Assembly (NCBI GenBank): GCA_040954595.2
Contig: CM082576.2
Coordinates: 15,671,028-15,735,027 of the forward strand
Source: Balanoglossus misakiensis
Taxonomy: Eukaryota; Animalia; Hemichordata
Direction: 5' to 3'
Length of the DNA: 64,000 nucleotides
Each line of letters opens with the position of its first letter. Within the stretch, counting starts at the first letter, position 1. A model generated the notes under the pieces. The model was not told the DNA's origin. It worked only from the letters and a program-made list of their open reading frames with translations, and made no database searches. A program made the translations under genes and the position numbers. Positions 1-14,400 of the stretch are shown piece after piece.

Positions 1-1684
1 TGCCCCAACGCCGCAGAACGATCTATTGTCACTGTGCTGGACTACTCAATTACACTGGCATACATTTCAAAGCAAAATCAGTTCGTTGACAAGATAATCA
101 ATTACTCGAGCCACATGAACTAAAAAATATGTAATCTGATACCAGTAGTTGGACGCTATATATGGCTTTTATTTGTTGATATACAGACTTGCAAAATAAA
201 TGACGACACACTCGGTTTCAAAAATTGACAGTCCGTGAAAGTGAAAGAGTATTATTTACTAAATAGTTTGAATAGCATCGTTTAGTAAAATGAATAAAGT
301 CGCCAAGTTCTTTTGCGCAATGAACGCAACGGGAGGTAGTCTTGACTCGTGTCGAAGCAAAAGTACATGTCTGACGCATCAGAATTCCGCGAATACTCCG
401 ACTGAATGAGCGATAGCCAAATTAAAACAAGTGTAGTCGTGCTGGGAATGAACAGTGGTAGACTGTTAAACTCTGAACACCATTCTGAAGTGTATATATT
501 CTCATAATAGAACTTTGACATCAAATACAGCCTTTCGGTGACGTCATTGAAAATTCGCATTGACTTACAAATTTCTATTAATACCTGGCGCTTTAATTAT
601 TGAAATTTAGTGTAATTTGCAATTGGAACATTTTAAATGGTAATATTGCTGGTATTAATGACTAACAAACGAAACATTCTTCGTGGTATAATTGCAACTT
701 CATAATCCAGTTGGCATTCACCTTTCTTGTGTATTATGACCATGACATCCTTTTGACATAGCAAAGTACATGCAGAGCATGTTTTGAACCGGCAACTTTA
801 AAAGCTCAGGAGTGCCGGCATAGCGCCAAAAGCAACAGCGCTGAAACGTTTTCTGTTCACGTTGGCCAAGTACAAATCAAACAGACTGTACTTTGATCCA
901 GAAAAAATGTAACCGATATTTTACCTTCAAACTGACTTCCGTTCTGCGAATGAGTTCTCTTCCGTGTCTTGAGGCCCAAATAGTTCAGAGACCAGCCTGA
1001 GAGTCTACTAGAATCTGTACAGTTTATACACAGCTTCAGGCCGGGGTCGAAGAAATTCGACAAGTCGGGTTTAGAATTGCTGCTACTCGAATACCACTTC
1101 AGAAAGACAATATTATTCTCTGATTTGTTGAGCCCTTAGGCGAGGATGTTTAACGTGAACTGCTTAACGTTGTTGTTGAGAACTGTGTTCAACGATTAGA
1201 TTCCAAATAAACAGAGCAATATGATTGGCTGCTGGACCCATCGCTTTATCTGCTCCAATAATTTCAGCTATTTTTTATGTTGCTCAATTTCCCAAGTTGG
1301 TTGGACCACCGTTCCTGTGTTTTCCAAAACCTTGACTGGTCAGAGTTCTTTAGATATCTGTATCGCTGTATGTCACCTTGAGGCTAAACAAGCTATTTTA
1401 TCAGTGAAACCAATTTTCGTTTCTCTTCCCCTCATCTATAACCACAGACAGCTAAAACCTTCCACTGTCATGACTGTGGCTTTTTCAGATCCTTACTTTT
1501 GTATCGTAACGCTGGAGACAGAATTGTTATCCACGCCAGTTCGTCAAAGGTTTGACCCCTGGATAATCTAAGAATAGAGTAATCGTGATCATGGCAAGGC
1601 CCAAAGTAGTTGTTTTGTATGCGTGTTTAAATAAGCTTAAGTGTATACCAGTATAGACACCTACTTGTATCTGCCAGATTATAT

Positions 1685-2000
1685 TATACCAGTACATTGA
1701 TGGTGAAGATAGAGCGATCTAGTTGGTTGATGCGCGAAAATATCAGTACTATCTTCGCGATATACAATGGTTGGAACTTAGTCATACTTTTGGCATAAAT
1801 CATTTTTGTAAACGTTTTGTGCTAAATTTCAATATGCTAGAAATGTAATGGCAATAAAACACCTCCATGTATTGGAATACCACTCGCTTTTGACGACCAG
1901 TTAACTTCATATACGCACTCGCTTTCGTTTGTGCGTGCATGTCGCAAACTTGTCAAAATCTCGTGAGATACCATCACGCGGATGGTTTAGTGACTAAATA
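1685..2000. mobile_element. Probable non-autonomous interspersed repeat (class uncertain)
   Basis: CpG-enriched block with imperfect terminal inverted motifs (TGATGGT..ACCATCA) and small hairpins (GCAC..GTGC), resembling Crypton/Helitron-like dispersed elements. Single copy in this window. Confidence 0.3.
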
Positions 2001-5000
2001 TACAAAACTAATTTTATCATGTAAATGATTCCTTTTTATCGAAGAAAGCTGTGCAGTTTTTTCTCGCCAAAAGGAAATATCAATTCTATCGTTTGGTCTT
2101 TAATATTTACTAATAGCTGTTTAATACTTTGCAGCTTTAAGAAGGCAAACGTCTATATGTTTATTTTGATATTGTGTTCAGCATGGGATGTTTATAATTT
2201 GTTTGTCTGGATGAACGTCATGAGCTGAAATATTACCTTTTCTTAGGATTACAAGTGTGAACTTTCCCTGGGGATAGATTTCAGTACGAAACTCCATGCT
2301 TGTCATGGGATCGATTCAGCTCACTGTCAAGGAGACACCGACCCCGTAGTATATGCATGTAACGCCCGTAAGGGGTATATGGCAGGTCTATCAACGTGAA
2401 TCTAACTCTGGCGACGAGGTATTAATATTTCCGTCCATTTACCAGTTTATTTTAACTGTAATAATCAGATTTGATTGTCAGTAACATTGCTTCGTAAAAT
2501 TTGTCCATGTATATAAAATAACGACGACTTTTATATTTTCTGTAGCTCTTAAGCCGACATGACTTTTCAGGTTTATCCAATGCCTGTATTACGCATGAGA
2601 AAGTTGACCTAAAATCGTGTCAGCAAAAGAACCTGTCAACTCGGTCTCCTCATACAGATCGTCATTAATAGAAGATTCATTTCTGGCCTGATCACTTGCA
2701 GAGATGTTTATCTACAATTAATACAGTTGAACTTTGAAGGTTAACTAGATAGAATTCCCAGTGTCCACTTCTTTAGATACTGTTAGCGAGATCAATTCCC
2801 TGGTCGTCGCGAATAAACCTTCCTTGATTTCCCTAAAACGCTATTAAGATGCTAAGATTCGGAGTAACTGTGTTATAGTGTCAGGCAATTCTAGAAATGA
2901 TCTGCGCATGCGGTGTCTTCCACGTAATGTATGTTTGACAGGTGACTAGTAAGTGATCTATATTGTTTGCAATGAATTTTTGATATGATACATATTTACT
3001 TTGATTCAAAACAAACACAAGGACATTCATATCGAAGACACGATTGGAGTTTAATGTTTCGTAAATAATACTGGACTCTGTGAACAGAAATTTAGAAAAA
3101 ATGAACGAATGGTAATTTTTTTCAGAAAATAATGAAGAAATGAATTATTCATTTTGACGTCACAAAGCCCTCTGTCTGTTGGTAGAAGCCATACAATCTT
3201 ATGAAATGCCATCTACATTGTCAAAAGTTCATTACACGATATGCCATGAGTTCTTTCGATTTCGTTCGGTCAATAGAAATAAACACCAATAACCCAGCAT
3301 GAAACAAATTGCATTTGTAAACAAAATGTAACTTACTTTTGAACTTCAAATAGTTTAATGGATCAATATGTGCAAGAAGAGCTCATCATTAAAACATTAA
3401 AAACAACGAACGACATTAGACCTTTGAATACCCGGGGGACAACTTTCATAAAGAGTTGTGCCGCTCGACTGGGTCCGATATGTCACGCAGTGTTTACCCA
3501 GAAGTGGGTTTCTGATGTACAAGTGGGTCACTTCGACACTCCTTTTCTTTATTCTTGTGAAATCGTAAAGCCCGGGGTTTAGCGACGGGTCAGTACATTC
3601 TAAAAGTGTGCTTTAAGTCCGGGCAGAGGTTCAGTCAATGACCTTTCTCGGTCCCTGCCCAAAATTTATTGAAGTAGCTCCCCCGCGACAGACACCGGGC
3701 TCAGAAGAGAATTCCAGTTCGGCGGACACGAATGCGTCGTGATCAGTACATGCATAACGGACCAGCTCCAACAATGTTGGCAGCTGGCATTCAACACATA
3801 ACACCTGGTCGTTCACTCCACGCGATGCAATTGCAGACCAAAACTAAATAGTTGTCTCTTAAACATACAATTGCGATGTCGAGCTGCATAAAGCTACGAA
3901 ATGCGCTTGCCCCTGTTTTAAGCGGGTAAGATGACGCGAGGTTAAGGTTACACTATGTACATGTATATGACTTTATCAATTTTGATGTCTATCGTAACGT
4001 ATCTCAAAAGAATTTTTTTGCATATTATTTCTAATGTAAGTTGAGAAGGTTTTTTTAATTTCCCGTGACCGAAGCTTCAATGTACAGTACGCTTGCTTGT
4101 TAGTATTACACGCATCACACCACCTTTTTACTCACAAGAGGCAAAATGAGTTGAACTACATCAATCCATTTTCTGTTTCAAATTATCACACTCATTAATT
4201 AATCACAGCGGAGAACGTGTCTGTTTAGTTATTGACTGTCAAATCTCTATTCATATCGTCGACTTGTTTTTCAATTTGAACCTAACCTCCTCAATTTAGC
4301 ATAAATAGTAACACGGTTTTGCTTTTAACCGTGTACTCGAGGAATTTGAATTTCAACGCGGCGGCACGGGAGATTGAGGTGCCAGTTTGTGTCATGAATC
4401 CTTAACTATAGTACCATTCTTGCCGTCTGGTAATGAATATGTTCTTAAATTTGTGTAGATCAGCAGGTAGGACACGTCCATTTTTTTCCGTCACGGTTGT
4501 AATGCATAACCTTCCCGGAACAAGTTGCGTCAAATAAGAGAGAACGCAGTTGTTATGATAAACAGAATCAACTCACCGAAAAGTGAGACGTACAGTGATG
4601 GGATGATAAAGGCGATTAGTTGATTACTGTCCGCCTGTCTAGCTAGACACGCAACAAGATGCATAACTCTAATTACACATGAAGTAATAATGAACGAGAA
4701 AGCTTTGCCAACCTCGTCTTCCAAAACGTTCAATGGTGACGGGGAAAGATTATTTAATCATTTGAATTAGTATTGGATGTCGTTAATACTCTTTTAGGAT
4801 CATCGTGCGTGGCAACCAATGCGCAAAGTTTATTGGAATTTGATTTCTGGCAATTCAAAGCTGGCATTTCATTCCCCCTCCCCCCTCGTGATTGAGAGAC
4901 TGTGGTATAAGGTACAGGTATGATATGAGAATTAGGTCCATTTTAATATTCTATGCACATCTAGATAAAGTTCACTGCGTGACTGTACAGTTCTCTGTAA

Positions 5001-5536
5001 AAAATTATGTTCTATGATGCAAAACAATCGAAATGAAACCATGTCAGTTGAATTGCCCGTTGGCGGTATAAACGAACAAGACTTGATTTAATCTTTGACT
5101 ATGTACTGTTTAGTCACCATTGACCAATTTGTTGGGGATGGTGTATTTTGTGGTTACCATGACAAAACGGAAAGAGTCAAATTCCGGACATTACAGCCAA
5201 ATTGACCGTAAGTGCCAAAAGCTCCGTTAGCGTCATTACCGAGATAAAGTTGCGCACGCTCAGAAGATCCGTTTAATAGTTCCTTGTCGTTCGTTTAAAT
5301 TGTGACGTGAGTATGAAAGCATTCACTTCTTGAGTTGACAGTAATCGAACGAATCTAGGTCATCGCGTACTATGATAGGTCTAAGTCAACTTTGAGGGAG
5401 AGTTGAAATAATCGCTACGCATGAAATTTTTTATGGACGTCTATGTCAGACAGAAAATTTGGAGTCGACTAAAATAAAGGAAGACGGAGGCCAGTGGGGT
5501 ACGATTTAATATTTCTGGTGAAAATCATCCCTAAAC

Positions 5537-5537
<1 letters not shown>

Positions 5538-5630
<93 letters not shown>
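5538..5630. repeat. (GAT)n microsatellite
   Basis: About 31 perfect units. Confidence 0.98.
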
Positions 5631-5632
<2 letters not shown>

Positions 5633-8414
5633 ACTTTGTGATTGCAAGCTAGTGTAAACCATAAGACGAGGAAGGGTCACTTTTTTTGCCGTTTATTAAT
5701 TCTGTTCATGCCCTTAATAAATTTATGTCGAAACGCATTCTCAAAATATGCTCAACGCTTCGCGACAACTGCCTCTCAATCTTCTACAGTTTTCTTGTAG
5801 ACGGAAATCCATGCTCGTCGTACTTAATTAGTTAGTCACGTGATTTCAATAACGATGTGCAGTACACGATATGATTGACCGAACGCAACGATAAAACGAT
5901 CTACATTTTGTACGTGCATTCTCACTTATCTGAGTTTTAACGTCAATTTCGAAGTGCACGTGAACTGATCTAGCATCAATAAGGAATGAATTGGTTTTTA
6001 TGATTACATTTTGGTAGTGTATTTTACAAATTGGAAAATTGTTTTTAAAAAGGCATTTGATGCCCTCGGTGACTTTTTCCTTTGATTGTTTTTACTGTTT
6101 TTGACTACTAGCTCTGTGACTGACAACCATATACGTGTCGCTAAACAACTCTTTGTCTGATATGTCTTTCATTGTTTTATCGTTGTGTGTATTGTCTAAC
6201 TTTAATGTTTGAAATAGAGAGAGATGACAACTCTGACCATACTCTCCTAATCGTCATTGTATTAATACTCAGTAACATTTCCAGTCCTGTGGCACACACA
6301 GACGGCAACATGCAAACCCGACTCTTTGTTGAATTGTACCCCGATAGTCAGTACCGACTCTGATTTATATAGTGTATAATCGTTTTTCAACATTGTTTGA
6401 GCACAATGATCCGCATGGTTTCATAAGTTCAGAAGCTGGTAACAGTGTCAGTGGCTTGTGGAGTATTATCAATCATAAAAACCTAATGCGTGGTCTATCG
6501 CATGACTCTATATAAACCATAAAAGATGACGTACGAGTTTCTTTCAGATTCTTTTTTACAATAGAACCTTTTTTTCATGATTTAGGCCTGGAAATGCATG
6601 GCCTGGGCTTTACCCATAGTTCACGTCAGAATGACGACTGAGTATAGTTCAAAAGCAATTGTTTTTGTTGTTTGTTTGCTTGTTTGTTTGTATTTCTTAT
6701 GGACACTTTATGTAGTAGTCTCTCTAAGGGGCAGCAAAAGGTTGGGCTAAGCTTATTTGATATCCGAGGGAGACGATTTGAAGGTAATCAGTGTTGCAGA
6801 TCTAATTTTCAACTGGTCACTTAGTTTCTTCAAGTAGTCTTGTAACACGACTATATCTAACTTATCTTTGATTCTGCTGACAAGTTCTCATGCAAAATAA
6901 AGTATGTGTGCGCGCATAATTCCAGTCACATTACTATGGGGCATTAAAGACGGTGGAAATATTTTCCCAATGAAGAGTGCCTATGAAATGCGTATCTGAA
7001 TCATGTGATGAAATATGTAGACCGAGTGGTAACTGGTAAGACTTATTTGTGGCTTGAACGCTAGCAAATATGAGTGGGCCAGGGGCTAAGACCACAGCAG
7101 AGAATACCACGTTTCAGGATATCCGATCAAAAACACTGCGTGGTGAGAAAAAAAGCGCTCCTCGGCCATACTAGATTGCAATTCAACACCCAAACGCAAG
7201 CCTTCATAATATGTTGGTTGCGACCCGGTGAATTCCGCTTTGCTGGGCGGGGCTGTTGACGTTAGTTCCATGTAATCAAGAACACATGCCCGGCATGTAC
7301 AAATTCCCCCACACCAATGGTTTTGTGTAAACGAACCAAGTGGTACATGCATTGGGAAAATATCTGAAATGTTACTATTAGGCCTACTTGTACAACGCAT
7401 GGCATTGCAATCCAGTACTGGTTCCTTGCGGGCGGAGTGTCGCAGAGAAATACCCGATTGATACCAGTCAGACCTCATCCCGAAAGGGTTAACAAATTAG
7501 GGACCTACTAACATAGCAATAATTACTACCGCCGACAATAAACTCAAAGAATATCCCTTCCGTGAAAGGTCGTCCATTTACAACCTGTTAATGCGACCTT
7601 CCATGGTGCCATGCATCGGAAGGTAACTTCGAATGTCAATGTTCGCCATCGTCTGCTCGCACGGATCCATGGCTCAACCACAATCTATTTTTTCGGAGAG
7701 CAGGACCTTGTCGGGCGAAGATGAATGTTCGGGGTGCAGTAATTGTTCTCAGAATTCGAAGATTGAACAGAGTGAGAAAATATAGAGAAAACAGTGTGTT
7801 CCCATTCTACTTTTTTTCAGTTAGGGAGTCTCAAAATATTTCGAAAAATGCTGAGTCAGCACCTTTCTCACACTCATCATGATATAGTTTTCCTATGGTG
7901 AAAATATTTGAACAACTCTATACGATATCAAACATGGTGACAGTATGTTTGTTTATCCGTTTAGAAAAACTCCTCTTTTGGCATCTTTTGTGAACATTTC
8001 AAGAAAATAATAACAGTGTTTTCTCAAACTTCTACATGCAAGGCATATAATTAGCATGCGACCCGACCTCTGGGAAAGGACAATACTGATGAAGACGATC
8101 AGAGAAAGATATTATTGTCCGAATTCAGAGCCTGATTTTGAATTGAAACAAATCATTGCAATTCTATACTGTATGCGGAATGTGATAGGCAGCCGACGGT
8201 CAGGTTTCCCAAGAGAGGCTAGATGTGGTCACATTTTTTGGTTTTCTACACGAATACCAGTGGTGCAGCAGACTTTTGAAATCATTTTAATTGTTCTATT
8301 AGATGCTCGGGGCAACCTTACCAGAGAGTGGCAGTAATCTAACCAAGAAATTACAAATGCGCCTTTTAAGTGTTTGTGTAGCTTTCAAAGTAGCAAGTGA
8401 CAAAGTTGAACTAA

Positions 8415-8591
8415 GGGGAGAACCATTTGATTTCGGGGGGGGGGGGGACATTGTTAGCAGATGGCGCAGGGAATACAATTTTCTTCTGTGATGCTTTGAA
8501 AAACAGTTGGCTGCTGTAACAGTGGCAGAAAAAAAGTATCTGAAATACCCAATTCTCCACCCACACCCCCAGAAATCAAATGGTTCTCCCT
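8415..8591. mobile_element. Short Harbinger-like MITE
   Basis: GGGAGAACCATTTGATTTC(G)n ... CCCCAGAAATCAAATGGTTCTCCC, TWA-like flanks. Confidence 0.65.
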
Positions 8592-10280
8592 TGATTCACC
8601 AAAGTTGAATATGGACCGCTTTACACACTTCTTGAATATGTTGGGACATATTTAAATAACAATTAAGAGAGACACTTCGGAGGTTTTGACGTTATTAGCG
8701 AAGTAAATGATAGACTCTCAAACACCTGTAAGAGGGAAAGATGATATTGGGAACATCACTAACATACATGTAGCTTCAGCTTTAGGCCTACTGTTTGTTG
8801 TGGGTCATCCAAGCCGTGATGTCAGCCATGCAGTTCTGCATGGCTGTGATTAATGCCTTGGTTGAATCTGCTCTATTTTGCTTGCTTGTCAAGCTGTTTG
8901 TCATCGGCAAAAGGATGGTATGCAAATGAATGTTGCTTGACAATATCAAAAAGAGATTTAGCATTCATGACAAACAAAACAGGTCAGAGACAGGAATTTT
9001 GGGGACAACAAAACTAGATGTACCAGACTGCAGCGTAGGGGGGAACCTTAGAGTACTCTGCTGTCAGAAGTTACTGAGACCTATATGACTGATTTGGGGG
9101 AATTGCCTTCACTTTCCGTGGCACTAGCTGTGGGTGGTAAGTTAACCTTGTGCGGAGTGACGAAATCTACTTAATGGGGCATGAACAATTGTTTCCCAAT
9201 AAACAGTTCTGTGCCCTTACAAGAGGTCAGTCGGTTACATCTCTAGAAATGCCCACATCAATAAATATCGGCTTTTAATAGGCATTTAATGCTATGACAC
9301 AACCTTTGACCCCTTCTACCTACCATTTTTGCTAACTGTGCATAAATGCTGTTCACGACAAAACTTGTGAATGCATGGCTGCTGTGTGTTATAGAATACA
9401 GGATTACCAACTATGCCTGATTTTATCACCTTTCACTTTTTCTTATACTTTTTGATCCTGATACTAGTATTCTACATATATGTATCCACACAAATCCAAA
9501 TTTTTTATAATTTTCTGATAATTTTTTTAATATATTGGAACAGTGTTTCAGGACTCAACTTCACCAGTTAAGACCAACTGGTAATTTCTTGGAAAACCAA
9601 GTCTTTTCTTGGATTTTTTATGAACTAATTTTTGAAATCCTTCAATTTTTGAAGACTGTTTTATTTGATAAGCAGTTTCTGAAAAATAGAGCTTTTGACG
9701 AAAATGACACAACTTCCTCAAAAAATAAACAATACATGTATTGCTGTTTTTATAATAATTTGTAATTAAAGAGAACATCAATAAGTAAACACAAACCACG
9801 TTACAAAGAAATCAGAGAAGCCATTTCCAAGACAAATGTATAAATACGCTGAGGGGCAATGTCTAGAATACTGACTATGGTTCACTTCAGTGATCAGACA
9901 GCAGAAAAACAGAATGGAATTCTACATACCCCCGGACTGTCAGTACCCAGGACAGCGTGAAGACTTACGCTCAGCGACCATTAATCAGTTTGTCAGAATA
10001 AAAACATACAATGTAAAACACAGCGACATACCCACAGAGTTGACGGCCAGTTGACTGTATTTTTAGTAACACAGTGTGTCTAAGAGCGTATAATGTTTCA
10101 ATTGTAAACTTTTGAACTTAAGTGCATACTCTTTTTCCTGATGGGGCAAAACATATAATACTCAAAATAAGAACACCCAACTCGTAAGTGGCATGAAAGT
10201 CCGGTTGTAATGTGAATTGGCGGGAACCATGTAAGGGACAAAACAGAGATCCCATTCTGAAATTGATGAGAATTCACACT

Positions 10281-10693
10281 GATCGTACGTTCGTCAAAAT
10301 CAAAAGTATTGTCATTTCTTTTAGTTGTAGATTTTTGGGATTCTCCTTTGTATGTCTAATGAAAATCCGTAATAAAATATAGGGGTCACCGTTCTTGTTT
10401 TTGAAGTACAGAGCCATGAATTTAGTCGATAAAAGAAGAAAATTGCTGACTCAGCATTTTTCACCAATGGTTTGTCTATGGGCAAATATTTTAACACAAT
10501 TTATCTCAAAATTAAGCGCGGTGACCACACGATATTTGACCAATGAATTTATATTTACTGGACTGAACTATGTGTAAAATTTCGTGAAAATGACAATAGT
10601 AGAAGTTTGTTTTCTGGCGATTATCAAAATGTAATCCTATGGGAAAAAGACCGGGCGCGCAGTGTTTCCGGTTTATGTTCTGCGCGTACATCC
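10281..10693. mobile_element. MITE family B copy
   Basis: Aligns along its length with 21676-22081; right terminus CGTACATCC|TTAA. Confidence 0.8.
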
Positions 10694-11411
10694 TTAATAT
10701 CCATGAGTGGAACTGAGAGAAATTGTATGTATACACTTGGCCAGGGCACAGTGTTGTTAAAATTATATTGGTGTTTATTTAATTTCGATATAATACATGA
10801 GACAAAATCTGTCTATATTAATTATGCAGTGATTTTTTTTACAAATATATAAAACATAGGTGTCTTGTGTCATGTACATGATGTACAAACCCTCCCCCCA
10901 AAATATAAAATACAAAGGGTCACACAACAACTCACAAAGTTCTCCCTGAAACGCTGGAGGAAATCATGCCAAAGTTATGGACCTGGATGTGGAATTATAA
11001 AACTGTCACAACACTTCCATTTTTAGTGCTAGTCTTGCCTTCATTAGGTTGCAAAATGCATGATAGTTCTTTCAAATTCTTTAAAATCCACCAGTTTCAT
11101 AATTTGAAACATGTATCAACTCTTGCAGACTTGACTCACAATCAACAGTTTGTGAAACTATGGGCTGGCAGGGGCATCACTTCAGTGGCAATGAATTGTA
11201 CATTTTTTGCTGTGAGCCGAATGAAGATGTGTATCTACTGCAGGAAAACTGTCACACTGAGCTGACACAGCCGGTCGTTTACATCCGATAATGTGGTAAT
11301 AGCAGTTGAAGAGATGAACATTGATGCAATGTTGGAATGGCCGTGGTCTGTGTATAATTTCTAATATCCATTAGGAATATAGTGACATGAAAGTCTGTCC
11401 ATTTTTGCTTT

Positions 11412-14400
11412 TTACCTGTCACTGTAAAGTCTGATCTTTCCATCAAGCGATGAAGTCACCAACTGAAAAAAAGTACACCAACATTACATTAGACGAGGTA
11501 CAATAGAAATATAATTATTGGACAGGCATATCTGAAAAAATTGACTGATATTACTGTAAAACACTTTATTTTTGCGAGTTAAAATTTTTCAATATCGAGA
11601 GAGGCCAATGTTTCGCGAGTATTAATTTTCGTGTTCTCTTATTTCATTCACTGCATCGTTATCTTAAAAAAAATTTACGCGACTTTTTATTTTCATGCTA
11701 TTTTGGCTCTCGCGTATTTCGCGAAAATTAACTGCTCGCGAAAATAAAGTGTTTTACAGTAGTCATTACAAAGCAAAATACTAGTGACCACAAATTTCTC
11801 TTGTATAACACACCAGTAAAAGGATTCCTACGGGCCAACTGGTAAAATATTTCTCTGTGTTGATTTCACTGTTTGCATAGTTACCACCAAGATTTAAGTG
11901 TTTAATAATATTATGTCCAGAAATGTTTGCCTAAGGTGAAAGGTCACTTCCCAGGTGACCTGAGGTTTGGCAGGCTTCCTGCTATCACATCCGTTTCAGT
12001 ATAGCACCAACACACACTTGAAACTTGGCACGATACATTCATCTTACACAAGACTTCTGAGACATACATTGGTGGTATATGTTAATTAACTGCTAATCTG
12101 CATATTTAATAAATTTTTAGTAACCATTGCTATACTGAAACGTTATTGATAACTGTAAAACGAGTTATTTTCGCGAGCAATAAACTCTCGCAAAATACGC
12201 GAGAGTTCAAAAAACGTGTAAATAAAAAGTCGCGTAAAATGTTTTTCGGAGATAACTGTCCAGTAAAAATAAGAAAATGCAAAAATTAATCATCGCGTAA
12301 TAGTTGCCTCATTTGATATCGCGAAAATTTCCTGTTGTGAAAATAACCTGTTTTACAGTACTTCTGAAAGTATTTAAAGGGACAAAGTCTCTCTCTCGCT
12401 GCCCTTTTTTCCATTAATTATATTTGATACAAGACACCGTTTGTTATTCTGCATGTGGATATATAGTGAATGAACGTTCAACCACACACAACTTCCATAC
12501 CTCTTATAGACAGGAGAGTGAAAAAACTCGCCAAAATGAATAATCGTTCTTTACCATTTATTCATTTTGGGCGAGTTTTTACTCTCATATCATACAAGTG
12601 GGAAGGAAGTTTTGTGTGGTTGAACGTTGATTCACTATATATCCACATGTACATTAACATAAACAGTGTCTTGTATCAAACATAATTAATGGAAAAAAGG
12701 CAGCGAGAGAGAGACTTTGTCCCTTTAATTCGTTGAAACATGGTGCATACACTGAACTCTCAAAGATTTTTCTGTACTGACATGTTGAGCAGTATCACAC
12801 GCAAATCCCTGCAATGATTATAGCTAACTTTACTAGGTATTCAGAGATACTGCTTCAAAATTCACAAATCTTAAAATTACTCAATGCACTTCGATGAAAT
12901 GTGGTACAGATGCTGATTCCACAGGTGACTGTACTTCGAGACATTGAGCATGTTTACACATACATACATTAATTCATTGCTAATTTGCATATTTCATGAA
13001 TATTTGCAATTATCAAAATAAATCCAGAAACACTACACTATGACTAAATGTAATGAAACTGGCAAGAAATTCTGATTTCATGACTTTTTAAATAGAGATC
13101 AGTGGCACCCAAAGACAGTGATCAGTTCAAATTTATTGTTAATTTGCATATTGTCAGTCTTTATCAAACCACACGAGCATATTCGGTTCATACAAAGCGA
13201 TTTCTGCTATCTGTAAGTCAACAAGAAATGTTGTGCAAATAAAATACATGAAGTGTTTTTCAAAGTACTGGGGTTGGTATGACCTAATAATCTGACCTCT
13301 CATGAACTTTACAAACAGTGAGTAAGATAAGTTATGCTGCAATTGATTGCATTGGTCCAGTAACAGCAGTTTTGGAAAGAGGATTTGAATCAGTTTGGTA
13401 AGATTCAGAAATTCATAATATTTGATACTGAATGTTTTTTTCAAACAGTATAATAAAGATGAATGAACTTTAAAGGCACGTAAGCTGTAACTTTTGGGAT
13501 AATTTTCATTATTTTTGTTTCAAACTGTACTACCATTAGTCTATGCAGATGAAGGCAGTGAACTAAACACAAGCAATATAAACCCTAAATATGAGTGCAT
13601 ATGCAAGTTCTAACCAGATAAATAATAAAGCTTTGCCGCAAGCGATTATGGCCGCCACCGTGGGAAAATGCAAAAAACAACGAAAATGTTGCATTTCCGG
13701 TTATGAAACTTTATAAACAAAACATGATCTCACCCTTTTGAGCTCATGGATGCAAATGTACACCGCTGAGACATTATATTTTCCTTTTTCATTCTAATAT
13801 TGCACCTTTTTAAAAATTTTCGTTTTTCTTCAATTTGTGGCCATTTTGTCATAAATAAGTGTTGAGCTTGATATATTATCATGAAATATCATTTAATAGA
13901 CATGATTAAAAGCATATATGAGATTATTTAAAACTTTAATTTTTTATCCAGTTGCAGCTCATGTGCCTTTAATGAAAGCATTATGATGAGTACAGAAGTG
14001 ACAGTTTGCGATATTTAGCCAATCTATTGTAAATGCAGATATATACACTTGCACACGAAATCTGACGAAGTCCCCATTAAATATTTGTCTGTCTACAATT
14101 TGCTTGTGCACATGATGGGGGGCCTGACTATGACATTTAAAGCGCGTAGCTCGTCTCACACGCATGTTCCAACTGTAGCCGCTGGTTACAGATGTTTAGT
14201 GAACAGTCAATCCCATAAGGCAGTGCTCTGTCCTAACAACAGACAAGATGGCGGCGACCATAATCTGTGTCAGAGATCGGGAAAAGACACTAGCTTGGGT
14301 GAAAAGGAGGGACAAAACCAGAATTACTTATATGGTGCGCATGAAATATGGAAGGAAGCGAAGGCAGTCCACTATTTGAATGTATCGAACGGAAAATTTG

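Noticed and set aside
857-1571. Coding-like stretch with ORFs on both strands
   Set aside because: Multiple stops in all extended frames and no family recognised; cannot be called a pseudogene.
7086-7478. 130 aa minus-strand ORF in a GC-richer patch
   Set aside because: No domain, splice context or homology recognised.
8080-8120. CTGATGA...GAAA hammerhead-like core (also ~38971 and ~52587)
   Set aside because: The required stems II/III do not form.
12470-12685. Similar short ORFs at 12470, 17729, 27272/27319 and 51991 suggesting a peptide family
   Set aside because: All fall inside copies of the same non-coding palindromic MITE.
13154-13210. Peptide IAEIALYEPNMLVWFD resembling a Tc1/IS630 first catalytic Asp region
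   Set aside because: Too short and followed by a stop; may be chance.
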